From contig OZ024741.1 in NCBI GenBank assembly GCA_964016885.1, forward strand, positions 230,454,001 through 230,518,000: DNA of 64,000 nucleotides. The letters are read 5' to 3'. Of this stretch, positions 10,900 to 24,504 are shown piece after piece (position 1 is the first letter of the stretch; the number at the start of each line of letters is the position of its first letter). Below the pieces are notes generated by a model that was not told where the DNA came from, did not search any database, and worked only from the letters and a program-made list of their open reading frames with translations. Position numbers and translations under genes: made by a program. Source of the DNA: Eledone cirrhosa. Lineage: Eukaryota.

Positions 10900-13800
10900 T
10901 GTATGTATGTATGTATGTATGTTCTTCTGGTTTTATAATTTCACAAAGTTTTATGAATAGAGAGAGAGTCGGTTTCTAACATAGACACAAGACTCTCTCA
11001 TTGGAATTTACACAACATCAACTAGGTAGCTATGTATATATGCATGCATGTGTAGATATGGATGTTATTGTATGTGTGGATGTGCATGTTTTGAGTTGTA
11101 TGTGTGCATGTGTATATGCTTTGAATCTGTATATCTGTATATGCAGTTATTAGATGCAAAGTTTTTGGAATGTCTTACATATTTTTACTGTTCCATTAAT
11201 GGATTGTACTTGTAATTTCCTAACTTGTTGTGTTCTTTCTGTTCCTGTGAAGCCTAGATTCACAAGATTTGTATTGAGGCAGTTACTAACATATCCCAGT
11301 GCCCCAATAATCACAGGCATAAATCTGAAGGTGTAATCAGGGTGGAGTATCTGCAGATTTCTCATCAGTTCTGCATAAATGTTCTCCTTTTCACTAATCT
11401 TTGATATTATATTGGCATCTGATGGGCAGCTAATTTCCACTACTGTGCATGCTTTCTTCTCCCTGTCCCATATCATAATATCTGGTCTGTTATGCCTGCA
11501 TTTTATTGGGGTTTTTACTCGATCATTCCACCAGTACTCTTTCATATTATGTACATGGATGTCTTCCACATTGCTGTAGCGTTTAATGTGTTTATTATCG
11601 GGGCTATCTTTTTTACGAACTGCATGGTGTTTTGGCCACAACATCATGCCTCATAGGTTGATAGTACCGCGATGACATTTTTGGACAGCTGCTGATGACA
11701 TGGGTGATATCCTCGATGTTAGTTCTGTAGAGTCTGCACTTGTTATCACATCTATGTGTTTTGCCTGCATCCCTATCTCTTTTGTGAATCAGGTATTTCG
11801 TGCTAATCTCCTGTTCCTGGATTGCAAAAGCGTATCTTTCAAAGTGGGAGCCAATATAGCGGGTGTTGGTCCAAGATACATTACTTTCCTTATCTATATT
11901 ACTCCCACTCTGGAGCTTCCTGGCAACATATCCATGCATGATATTTTGCTGATAGGCATGCAGTTTTTCATCCATGGATTCACTGCGATACTGCTGAGCG
12001 ACATCCCTGGGTGTGAGTTTTTGATTATCACACAGGGAATATCTCTCGAGGAGTTCCTTCCCAACTATCATGATCTTATCTGTTTCATGCAGATAGACTT
12101 GCTCGAGAAACGGGCTCCTATGCTTCGAGGTTCGTAGATGTTGTCGGAGAGATATGATGCGACATTCAAATGTTGTCTGGACTGATGTTAGGCCTATGCC
12201 TAACGTTGCTTACGTTTCAAGTAAAGGCGGTCTATGTCACTGTTGCTGTGGAAGTTTCCTGTGTTGTTCAGTATTGTTCGAGTTCCAACATCAACTGCTC
12301 GGATTTCGTCTATCGTCGAATTGAGTATTCCAAACGTTGGTGTTAGGACAGGCACAGCAAACACATTGTGAGCCACTGTTTAGTTTTGCGCAGAGAGTTC
12401 CGATGACCAGATTTTTCTTAATCGGGTGTAGTATTCCTTGGTTACGCGTTCTTTATTACATATACCATTATAGGATATGTTCTCAACTATCCCCAGGTAT
12501 CTGTAGCAGTCCTCATCAGATATCGGTGAAACAGTTAGGCCATTGATGACAATGTTGCTAGAGTGGGTTGTTGTTTTCCCCCGCTTTACAGTCATGTATG
12601 AGCATTTATCTTGGCCAAACTCCATTCCTATATCCTTTGAGAACGTTGTAACCAGGTCAAGATTTTTCTTCATCCCATCCATGTTCTTGGCATAGAGTTT
12701 CAGATCGTCCATAAAGAAATTATGGGTTAGGTTCGGATTTCTGTCCTCCTGTGAGCCAATGATGTATCCCTCACATATCTTGAGCAGAAAGGACAATGGG
12801 TTTAATGACAAGATGAATAATATCACAGAGAGACTGTCGCCCTGAAATATACCCCTGCAATATTTTATTTTATCAGTGAAAATAGAGTCCTCCCTCTCTG
12901 TCTTTAACCTTAGGATAGTAGCCCAAGAAGAAGACAGCCTCTCTATGGCTCTGACAATAATGTCTGGGACTTTAGCTAGTTGGAGGGCCTCTATCATCTA
13001 AGAGTGAGGAACAGAATCAAAAGCTTTCCTGTAGTCCAGCCAGACTGTGTCCATATTCCTCCTAAGTTGTCGCACCTCCGACTCGCAATTTTGTTGATTA
13101 GGAGTTGTTCAGCACATCCCCAAACCCCTTTCTTTCCAGCTGCTTGTTAATCTGTGATGATGTTATTATTTTCACAGTGATCTTGGAGGAATAGGTTCAG
13201 GCAGGCTGTATACATCTTATACATCAGGTTCTGGCATGCAATGGGTCGGTATTTTTTTGCCAAGTGGGTGTCTTTGTTCTTGGGGACCAGTAACGTTTGT
13301 GCTAATGTCAACCATTCTGGTATAAGTGTATCTCCCTTAAGAACTTGTTGGTAGAGGTCAGTAAGATACCTTCGATAGAATATCAGTTTTTTTTACCAGT
13401 AGCCGACAATCATGTCTCTTCCTGGAGTTTTCTTATCTTGGAGCTTTCCTATCACAGTACCCTCACTTATTTCGTATGTTTTTGTTGTAGTGTATGAGCA
13501 ATAGTTTTTTTCGGATTTCTCTTAGCCACACTGCATCTTGGTTGAAATTCTTCATTTCACCCCATATTTTGCTCCAAAAGGAATCTATGTCTTACTGGGA
13601 TGGGGCCTCAGTGACACTTATTATTTTGCCCTTCATATCTCTAGAGACTGATGTTTGGTTTCGTCTGAATCTTTTATCAGGCACTTTTCTCTCGTCTACC
13701 TTCTTCAGGTATCGGCGTTTTTCGCTAACAGCTCTCAATTCTTGTTTGAGGGTGATCAGCTTATATTGGAGAGTTCTGGTTCTACTGTTACCAAACGTCG

Positions 13801-15120
13801 TCTCTATTTTATTTTTCACTCTGTGTTGGTGAGGAGTGAGGTTTTTTTGTTTTTTTTTGCATGTAAGGAGCATTGTCACATATCCTATGTTTTTTCGTAG
13901 GTCAGCAATCTTTTTTTCTATTTTAGTTATATATGATGGTATATTTGGTGGTGTTTTGTTCTTGTTAATATCTCTGCTATCACCAAGATAATGCTTCACT
14001 GTCGTTGCTAAGGCATATAAATAGGCGTTGATTTGCCAAAATGTTGGGGTTTTTATCCGTCGTAAATATTCATCCCTTATTTCGTCAATAACACGTAGTA
14101 TTTCATTATTTGTTTTTTTATTGAGTTCAAAACCCGCCGAGGTTAACTTTGCCTTTCATCCTTAAGGGGTTGATAAAATAAAGTACCAGTAATACACTGG
14201 ATAATTGCTGGCCTTGTGTCAAACGTAGAAACAATTATTTGTTTTTTTTTTATTAAACATTGTCGGTTTAACACGTTCAGCAAGAGAGATATTTATACAT
14301 GAGTTAATTTCTCTCTGGAAGATTTCTTTGGGGGAAATTTTCAATTGTTTATACTTTTGATTATCATTATCGACAAACAATTTTCACAACAGTCGAGGTA
14401 GACTTGGATGGTACACGTGGTGTCACATTTATTTATTTATTATTATTAAATCTTCGATTATTATTATTATCGAAACTGTTTTCCCCAACATTTGAGGTAG
14501 ACCTACATGGTACAGGTGGTGTCAAGTTTCTTACATGCATAGTTGTTTCAAGGCGCTGTTCGACCTGGTTGCTAGGAAGTCTAGTAGCATGGCGACCTGT
14601 AGCACGTGTTGTTGATAACATGTTTGATGTGGGGGAGGGGGGACTTAAAATTAATAATATTTATCTTATTTTTACGTTCAGCAAACCTCGCTTGTTGTCG
14701 TAATTGTTTCGCTGTGAAATAATTTAGCTCTGGGTGCATTTCGTCCCAGTGTAGCTTCATTCTATTCATATAGCCAATGGAGGGATTGTTTTTTGCCATT
14801 TTATAACAGTTAAATAAATCATTATTAAGTTCGCAACTCCAAGAGAAATGCGATTTATAATTTCGGTTTCTTCTGTAGGTACAACTGAATAAAGTTTGAT
14901 TACCTTCCTTGTTATTTGTCTTCGATACTTCCTTAATTTTTTTGTTGCTGTTGTGTTCAGCCAGGCTGCTTGTAGCAAATCCTTGTAAAATGAATTATGT
15001 ATTTAGTCGGATATCTCTACGAATTCGAATAAAAGGTGTCTTCAGAAGGGATAGTTAGAAGAATAATCAGTTATTCAACCTGGCTGTAGTTCTGGCATTA
15101 CTGTCGCAGATAGTATTCAT
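10871..15120 (-). mobile_element. Near full-length, disrupted R4/Dong LINE (family A) with (TACA)n tail
   Basis: RT (GIFQGDSLS, NFFMDDLKLY), CCHC region (CDNKCR..ITHVISSC), RLE (RPDIMIWD..VEISCP..KENIY..PVIIGALG); several stops and frameshifts; 5' boundary approximate. Confidence 0.9.
14123..14238 (+). mobile_element. Truncated Deu/Nin SINE inserted in Dong family A
   Basis: Deu/Nin core flanked on both sides by attatttgt(t)n-att, consistent with a target-site duplication. Confidence 0.75.
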
Positions 15121-15242
15121 CTTTAAATTTAATAAATAGTTTCCCACGCCAAAATATGCGACTGATCACGTTGACTGTCTATGTATGTATGTATGTATTA
15201 TGTGTATGTATGTGTGTGTGTGTGTGGTGTGTGTGCTGTGTG

Positions 15243-15319
<77 letters not shown>

Positions 15320-15432
15320 TGTGTGTGTGTATAAATGCATAGTCTGATGATCCAGTGTAAGTGAAATATTATTTAAAATATATTAACTATATTTATTAGC
15401 ACACATGAGAAGCTGATGTATTTTATACTTAC

Positions 15433-15585
15433 GAATTTGGCAATACGGCCTTTTATACCCTTTTTCGCAGCCATTCTTACATTTAGAGAAAGGTACGAAC
15501 TGGCAGTCAGTGACGTTCTTACAATGGCACTGGTATCTAGCCTGCTCTCCAAAGTAGTCAACTTTGGTAAAGGATTCGCAGTCGT
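15433..15585 (-). CDS. Coding exon for an EGF-like (MEGF10/SREC/Tie-type) cysteine module
   Basis: Acceptor ttattttcag|, donor |gtaagt, 153 nt, phase 1-1, stop-free: xDCESFTKVDYFGEQARYQCHCKNVTDCQFVPFSKCKNGCEKGYKRPYCQI. Confidence 0.8.
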
Positions 15586-15796
15586 CTGAAAATAAATAAT
15601 ATTTTTATAATTTCTCTTGCTGGTTACATTCAATGGACTGGCGTCATGCTGGAACTCCACCGTCAGTGTTTTAGTTACTCCTGTCAACCTCGGTGCATAT
15701 TGGTTGGGACTGAGTAAGTTTGTTACTTATTTTATCAATTTCTATTCGTCATACTATCTATTTACAGGATATAATAAAAACAACACCGTTACTTAC

Positions 15797-15882
15797 ACGG
15801 TATAGTAAGAAATACGCACAAATACTCGCATACAGGCGAGCAGATACGCATCCACACACGCAAACTGAGATGGCTAACTTGC
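15797..15882 (-). CDS. Candidate upstream exon (possible leader MRICSPVCEYLCVFLTIP)
   Basis: (CT)n-cactcag| acceptor and |gtaagt donor; the ATG at 15851 gives a phase-1 exit compatible with the 15585 acceptor. Confidence 0.35.
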
Positions 15883-15884
15883 CT

Positions 15885-15949
<65 letters not shown>

Positions 15950-17020
15950 ATAGTGGGTGTGTGAGAGAAGAAGAGAGATTAACATTGTTAACATTGATTG
16001 ACATTGTTAATATTGTGAGGTTCAAACAATCTAAACAGCATCAGCAAGCCTAATTGATGCTAAATAAATTAATCTATCTATGCCTCGTAGATAACGTCCC
16101 CCAACATTACTTTGTGGTTGTTCCCTGTCTACTTTCACCATTGATTTATTATGTTAGCAGTAAATATTCCAAATATTAGCAGTGGTGCTGTTGAATAGAA
16201 ACCGAGACATCGCAAGTTAACACATACTTTTAGGTGATCGTTATACGTAGATACTTTTTCTATATATGACTGTATCTTATCTAATAAGGTATACTGTCTG
16301 TGTTTATGTGTGCGCGTGTGTGCTTGTGTGTGTGTGTTTGTGTGTGTCAGTGTGCGTGCGGGTAAATTTCGTTATTGCATTTCTCCGAAGTAGGGATAAA
16401 TTGAGGGTTTGCTATTATAACATTGATATCGTCAACGCAACAAAGAAAAATCTGTTAACGTAGCGTTTTATTGACATTTATAGCTACACAAAATTGTTTC
16501 GAACTTTTTCTGACGTGTATTTATTTATTCAATATACAAGATCTCATAATGTCATGAAAGACCATTGAAATTATATAAAAATAATTGAGCAGAGTCTAAT
16601 AAATGGAACAGAAAAAGAGAAAAAAAAAAAGAAAACAGAAAGGAGAAAGCGAAAAAAGGATCAATCAACGAAAGAAAAGGAGAGGGGATATACAGTCACT
16701 ACTCCCATTCTGAGAGGTGCCTCACCGGCGCCCCGCGTACAAAACGATCACCCACAATCGGGCTGCAGTCTCTTTGACTATGCTGAGGAAATCAGCAGTG
16801 TGGAGACGAAGTATGTTAGGAGTCTCGACAGAGACCAATGCAAAGAGGAAGCGGACGGCCAGGCCCCTGTACTTGACTATTTGAAATGTTTACCTTAGAT
16901 TATTTACGTCCGATATTTAAATATTATAGGAGCTAAACATGAATACATATGCTACCATTTCTAAAATACTGTATCTATAATGAAAGAATTGTATACAACA
17001 ACCAATACACACATAGTCTA

Positions 17021-17026
17021 TGTCTA

Positions 17027-17113
<87 letters not shown>

Positions 17114-17215
17114 TTAAAATTAGAATTTCCTTTCTCGTCCTAGCACAGCTGATACATAAATGTATATATGCATACGTAAACATACACATATATATATATA
17201 TATACACACACACAC

Positions 17216-17298
<83 letters not shown>
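17021..17298. repeat. Compound (TA)n/(CA)n microsatellite block
   Basis: Directly visible. Confidence 0.95.
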
Positions 17299-17299
<1 letters not shown>

Positions 17300-17771
17300 T
17301 TATTAAAATATCAGTTTAAAGTTTAAGCAAAGAATCGCTGCTTTCACCCTTAACGGGATCTTCTCAAACTAAAAAAATCCATCCGTGAACGCAGAAGTAA
17401 ATATTTCGAAAAACGTTGCAACCGAAGGAAGACAGGAAGATGATACTTAGGTTCGTGGAAACCTTCCCTGGCAAACAACGGGAAAAAACGAACATAATAC
17501 GTCATTATTTGGAGCGCTGAAAACAATTACACGCAAAGACAAAACCTCGTTTATGGTATAAATGAAGTCGTAGACTGATATTCCATCAGGTGGTTCGTGG
17601 AGATGTTTCCTGGAAACATACTCACACATATATACATATGTACGTATGGGTTATATCGAACACTAATGATAATGTTCGATTCTTTTTTAAACAAACGGCC
17701 CGATTTGAAGCTGTGCCGAGCCGGTGACTGATCGGCACCAGTGTGTTCAACACCGGCATTGAGGAATAATC

Positions 17772-17804
17772 AACAATTTCTGGGTCATTTACCCTTCATC
17801 AGGA
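17772..17804 (-). ncRNA. Degenerate minimal hammerhead motif
   Basis: Minus strand cCTGATGAagggtaaatgacccaGAAA, resembling the motif at 51324; 3' part decayed. Confidence 0.45.
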
Positions 17805-17849
17805 CTGTATACCTCAGCTAGTCTGTTGAACAGTTGAAAATACCTATGA

Positions 17850-20178
17850 AAGGTCTTCTTTTGAAATTATGCACTGAGTTTGAGCTGATCGAGTGCAATA
17901 CCTTTTTGCAGACATAGGAGATCCACAAGGCAACAGAGATACACACAAGACAGAAACCTGGACATATCTTGGAATATATAATCACCAGGAAAAGAAACCT
18001 AAGGAATATCTGCTATTTAAGAGTAATGTGTGGTGACAAACTTGTACATGACAGGATGAAAGTAGAGATCAGACGAAAATAGAGGGCAGCAGTGGTACAA
18101 GTTCCAAATCGTACAGATGTGTCAAAACTGCAAAGTTTAGAAATGCGAGATGCTCTTCAAAATGCACTTGACAATGGCAGCATTTATGGGACCTGTTTAC
18201 AGTGCTGGAACTGAGATATTTAGTCTTGAGAAGACAACATGCAGAGACTATTTTGATGATAATGATGCTGCAATCACATTGAAAATAAGAACAAGATGAA
18301 TGAGAAGTCCCTTGTTGCAGAGGGTCCAGTGAGGACCATTATTGTGAATGCCTTCTAAGAAGCAAAGTCAAAACGCAATGCAAGAATCGAAAGATCAAAA
18401 ATAACAGTTGGTCTGAAGATTCAGCAGAGATGCATACAGCATATAACTGCAGAATCTTTAATGCATTATATAGCACAATAAAGGAAGTTTTGGGTCCACA
18501 GCCCTAACAAATGGCACCATTGAAGTTAGAAGATGGGAAAGACCCCATCAAATATCCAGCTGGATTCATGGGTCGGTGGACTGAACACATTCAAAGGTCT
18601 GTTAGACAACCCATCTGTAGTTGATGAGGAAATTATTAATGGACTTCAACAACAGGAGACTGTAAGAGAGATGATAAATGATCCAATAACTGATGCGATA
18701 AGGTCTACTATCAAAGTAATAAACATAGAGAAACTTCCAGGTTTGGATGGAGTACCTGTTGAGCTTTGGAGGAGACAATGTTACTATGGGCTTTCATGGG
18801 CTAATATTATCTCTATGGCGTTGTGAGCCTGTCCTGCAAGACTGCGTAGATGCAATTTTGCATCGGATTTACAATGGCAAGGGCTCCAAGTCTGAATACG
18901 ATGATTAACGTGGTATAAATCTCCTCGAACCGGTAGGTAACGTCTTATTCAATGACTGGGCAGGTTACTATGGACGTGATTTTCTCAGCCAGTCTGATTA
19001 TGGAAAATTGTGTTGAGCACTTTACCAAAGCCTTCGATACTATTAATTGTAGTGCATTCTGGGTCATATTGGAGAAACCTGGATGCCCTCATCAATTTGT
19101 TGGAATATTTAAAAATCTCCACCAAAATACGAAGGCAAAATTGAACTTCAAAGGGACACTTTTAGAGCGTTATCCAGTCGTTATCCAGTCGTTATCCAGC
19201 AAGACGGCATACCAGCACCCACTCTGTTTTCCGTTTACTTTACCATTCTGCTGACATACCTCTCAAGACTTCGAAATCAGAGTTTACTTGCGAATTAGAA
19301 CCTCTGGCAAAGTCTTTAATCTAAGACAGTTTAACAATATGTCCAAATCATTTGGCATTCTTGTTTCGGGATTCCTGCATGATGATGATGCAGAGTTTGT
19401 GCCACACACAGTAGAGGTCATGCATTTTATATTAGACTTGATATCCAATGCATGCGCTGTGTTTGGGCTAAATATTAGTATAAAAAAGACAAAGGTCATG
19501 TACACTAACCAGTTGGGGAAGTGTATGTGAGAGAAAAAAACTTGAGAAGGTGGACAGCTTTGGGGATCAAGGAAGTACACTACGCAGAGATAGTACCCTC
19601 GATACAGAAGTAGACCTTCCTGAAGCTTGAGAAGCAAGTCCAGTTAAATCACTCTGTACGAAGCCTGTGTTCTTTCAGCCCAGCTATACGGATGGGAAAT
19701 GTATAAAACGTATAGACATCACATCTGGTTGCTGGAAAGGGTTCATCAACATTGTATCCGACGCATCCTCAACATCAAATGGTCCTCTTACACATCTGAT
19801 GCTACTATACTGAGAAAGCGGTCAGTCCCATTTTTGAGAGGAGGATCATTCTGAACCATATGCGTTGGGTTGTTCATCTGATCAGAATGGAAGCTTTAAG
19901 AGTGCCTAAACAGTTATTTTATGAAGAGCTGACCAGAGGAAAATGGTCACAGCAACAACCAATGAAGTGTTTAATGATGTCATGAAAGACAATCTTAAAG
20001 ATGTTTAGATTGATATGGAGAACTGGAAGAGTCATCAAGTATAGATGTGATGTCTTTGAGAAAAGGTTAGTGGAGCATGCTGTTTTGAGGCGTTCATTCC
20101 GTAAGCGGAACCCAAGTGCAGGACCTGCAAACATCGAGCAGAAATGGAGTGCATGTATGTGGCCGATTTCTTATACTG
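17850..20178 (+). mobile_element. Decayed RTE-clade LINE (APE C-terminus plus RT)
   Basis: LCTEFELIECNTF, PGLDGVPVEL, FTKAFDTIN, RTSGKVFNLR and FGLNISIKKTKVM; homologous to 62330-64000. Confidence 0.85.
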
Positions 20179-20179
20179 G

Positions 20180-21622
20180 TTAGTAAGAGGACATTTAGTT
20201 CTAATAGGGCAATTGCAATTACGATTAGAGAAATTACCAGAGTTATTAGCAAGTGACCCAGTATTATTTATAGAAGGAAGTGTATTGGAGAAGTTACTTA
20301 CGATAGGTGCTAAAGTTTCCTGATTTAGATTGGTATTATGGACATTCGACAAAGTTATGTTTGACGTCATATTTAAATTTACGGAATCTAGCCTAGAGTT
20401 AAAATTGACGTCGGGCTTACTATTATTATTATGACGCTCAGTGTTGAATGGATATAATTTATTACTTAATATTTTATTTTTATATTTAGAGATAATGTTA
20501 GAGATGTTGGAAGTGGTGGACTAAGAGAATTTAATTGTATGTTTATTAAAGATCTTACTATAAATATGTGAAGGAGGGAAGACTTTATCTAAAACCCTAA
20601 AAAATAGTTTATGAATATTACTAAAAATAGATAGAGAGAAAGGGGCGTTGCACCAAATCATATTTTTATATCTAGGTCTTTTCTTTATGTTATTGGAATG
20701 CTTATAACTAACTATATTACTATAAGTCCCTCGATGATTTGCTTCTTTACTGTATTTAATTGTATCAGGATAACCGGCTCTGGAAAGCGCATTGTTGTAA
20801 TAATTGGCTTTAGCCACAAAGATAAATTTATTAGAAGATAGATTTGAGATTCTTTTTTCAACATTACAGACTATAGCATTTTTAACGTTAATAGGGTGGT
20901 TAGATTTAAAATTAACATAATTTAGATTCTCATTGTCTTTATGGTAAGGGTAATATAGGCCGGTGTCAAGATTAAGGGATACATCCAGGAAGTTAGCTAG
21001 TTTGACGTTGTTTTCAAATTCAATTTTTAGGTTATAGTGTTTAAATAGATCAAGTATATTCTAAATAACATTAAGGTTAACTAAGTTACAGTTTAAGACA
21101 GTAAAAAGGGCATTATCACGATAAATTCCACCGCGAAGTTGAGGAATTTTCCGATTTAAGAATTCAAAATAAAGATTCCAATCAAGTCCGTCAATTGCGC
21201 TGAATCCGACGAACCCATTGTGATATCACAATTGTTGGAAGTATCAGCTCTTGTCCAATAATCGTTGTTGAATTCCAGGATAGTTTTTTCTTGCGGTGGA
21301 ATGATGTATAGTTCATCTGTGGTGATGTCAGAATATTTAAATGCAAAAGAGAGTGCACTTTTGAGGAGTGAAGGAGAAATAGAAGAATAGTAACTGGCAA
21401 TGTCAAACTGAATAAATTTTTGTTTGTTTTTATTATTAAGGTCATTGAACGAGTTAATTACATCAGATCTACCAATCCATAAATTTAAGTTAGAAATAGA
21501 GCAATAGAACGAACCTGTGGGATAATTCTATCCAATATGGATTTACTAACAACCCCCAGATCGGATTTACAGTGGGCGATAAGTCTAAAAGGCAGTTCCG
21601 TTCGAAAGTTACTTTTGTGATA
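20180..21622 (-). mobile_element. Penelope-like element fragment, Naiad-type RT and start of GIY-YIG
   Basis: GGIYRDNAL, NFLDVSLNL, YYNNALSRAGY, IWCNAPFS and CNCPIRTKCPL. Confidence 0.8.
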
Positions 21623-21624
21623 CT

Positions 21625-21709
21625 TATATATATATATATATATATATATATACAAATACATATATATATACATACGCACATACACACATACATATACACA
21701 TACGTGTGC

Positions 21710-21774
<65 letters not shown>

Positions 21775-21895
21775 TATATATACATATATATCACATATAC
21801 ACATATAGATACATATACATAAACATACACACATATATACACACATACACATACATATACATATATATATATATATGTATATGTGTATATGTGTG

Positions 21896-21957
<62 letters not shown>

Positions 21958-21968
21958 CATACATATAC

Positions 21969-21999
<31 letters not shown>

Positions 22000-22006
22000 T
22001 ATATAT
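21625..22006. repeat. Compound (TA)/(CA)/(TACA) microsatellite
   Basis: Directly visible. Confidence 0.95.
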
Positions 22007-22324
22007 AAGCTGGCTTGCCTCACAACAATGTTACATATCTATGATACACCATTTTTGCATAGTGACCAGCGAAAATGTACAGTCGGGACTAAAGATTAAC
22101 ATAGATATATATTGTATCTATTATTCCGTTTTATAATATTTTACATAACTCTGATATTGTGTCAATTTAATTATTTCGATTATCTTGTCTCTCATAATCA
22201 TAGAGTAACACTGGTTAAGGTCGACAACATACAATCTCACATACTTGTGAAAAATATATGTTTATATATACATGTATATGTATGTATACACATATATTTG
22301 TATACCTCTCATTATTGTCTCTAA

Positions 22325-22509
22325 GGGCGGTGAATTGGCAGTATCGGTAGAGGGTCGGATGCCATGCTTTCCAGCATAGTAACATCTCTTTACGATCTGA
22401 GTTCAAATCCCGCCCAGGTTAACTTTGCCTTTCATCCTTACGAGGTCGATAAAATAAAGTACCAGTAATGCACTGGGTAATTGCTGGCCTTGTGCCAAAA
22501 GTAGAAACA
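22325..22509 (+). mobile_element. Full-length Deu/Nin SINE with 14-bp TSD
   Basis: attattgtctctaa at 22311-22324 and 22510-22523 flanks the SINE. Confidence 0.9.
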
Positions 22510-22783
22510 ATTATTGTCTCTAACTCCCTCACGGTAGAGTAACCAAGGAAGTATAGTGACTGCTTTCAAGCAAACACTATATACCCTTCTAGTCAACCTT
22601 ACCACCCTTCTGTAGCCTATGTATCATATCAATATCTCCCTCCGCCTTCTGAGATATTTCACTGCTACAAGGGATTAATCCCCTTTCTTGACCGGTGTAT
22701 CACGTGATAGAGTCTCCCACCGCGTTTCTGAGATTTTCTCGCATGCTACGGACGTATGTAGTTAGGGCTCTTCCCTGAGGTGC

Positions 22784-22874
22784 TCCCTTGATAAGCTGGC
22801 TTACCTCACAACAATGTTACATATCTATGATACAACATTTTTGCATAGTGACCAGCGAAACTGTACAGTCGGGA
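22784..22874 (+). ncRNA. Type I hammerhead-like motif with long stem II and palindromic stem III (core mutated)
   Basis: tccc-TTGATAA-gctgg...ccagc-GAAA-ctgtacag-TC-ggga. Confidence 0.6.
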
Positions 22875-23111
22875 CTAATGAAAACAAAATAGGTATATTG
22901 TATCTATTATTCCTTTTTTATAATATTTTACATAACACTGATATTGTGTCAATTTAATTATTTCGATTATCCTGTCTCTCATAATCATAGAGTAACACTG
23001 GTTAAGGTCGACAACATACAATCTCACATACTTGTGAAAAATATATGTTTATATATACATGTATATGTATGTATACACATATTTTTGTATACCTCTCATT
23101 ATTGTATATAT

Positions 23112-23268
<157 letters not shown>

Positions 23269-24051
23269 CGGGTAACAAATTATTGTTATAGGTAGCCCAC
23301 TTAAGTGCAGTCCAGTTATGGTACTCCGGGTAGTGGATGATATCAACGCTTGGCTAAGTTTGACTCAACAAGGCGTTTCCATAGTGACGTTGCGAGTACG
23401 CTGTAATTCCTATGTTAGAGTAATGATAAATCAGGAAAGAAGAGTGACACGGTTTGCTATACAAAAAAGGTTTTTAATCTCATTGCTGAAAATTGTTTCT
23501 CTGAACTGGTAGGTCTAGAGATCGCTACCCGCTTGTTTTCACGTTATTCGATCACCAATACAAAGTTATAACCAGTCAATTCATCGGAGCTTGTGAGAAT
23601 GAAAGGAATATACAGGCATAGCTACTATATATATAGTAGTAATGGCATTCAATCAGAACAATAACAGCAATACTAACAATGCTAACAATAAATGATTTGA
23701 AATAATCACAACATCAATCTAGGTGGGAAGTATAGTATATCTACGATTTTAGCGTATAAAACTAGCTCACATGAGGCAGATGTATAAAATTGACATGTAA
23801 AAGCTGTCATGGGGTGTATTATATATAGTGTAAAGATAAGCTTTAAACAATGTAGGTCTGGTGGCCATAAGAATCATTTATTATCTGACAGATGATGAAT
23901 TTATCACTGTAGTGAGGATAGTGATACGTTTGTGGTCTATATTAGATGGAAGGGTTGTCTAGCTTTCTCATCATCAAAAACATACATGTATAAGACAACA
24001 TTAACAGAGTAGCAATAAAATAGGCAAGTTAATACAGAGGTTAAGGTGGCA

Positions 24052-24209
<158 letters not shown>

Positions 24210-24504
24210 AGAAAACATGCTGACTACAATTATAACAGGATGAAGGTAAAGTTCTGCTGTAGTAGTATTTTGAAACGTTCTTGGATTTAGGTTCATGTGT
24301 TGACAGCAGCTGAGAAGAGATATATTTATGGGTTGATGAGGTACATACAGACATTAGTGTGGTATAGAACTAAGAAGGCTAGAATGTACTTAATGATTAT
24401 ATATCTGTGGTGGTTCGTGCAGTATAGTGGGTATCCTAAGTTGAAAGCTAAGTTACGTCGGTTCGATTATGGGAGGTTTAAATCTAGTGAATTTAGTGGA
24501 GATC

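Larger units (their letters stand above)
22005..23105 (+). mobile_element. Partial tandem Penelope-type terminal repeat or retrozyme-like unit with hammerhead
   Basis: 22005-22318 is repeated at 22791-23105; hammerhead fold at 22784-22874. Confidence 0.65.

Noticed and set aside
15373-15687. 104-aa ORF from the supplied track (MTGVTK...)
   Set aside because: Wrong frame; the splice-bounded overlapping frame gives the EGF module
15617-15770. Plus-strand donor (ga|gtaagt) and acceptor (tttacag) near the EGF exon
   Set aside because: The implied intron is very short and no convincing coding frame results
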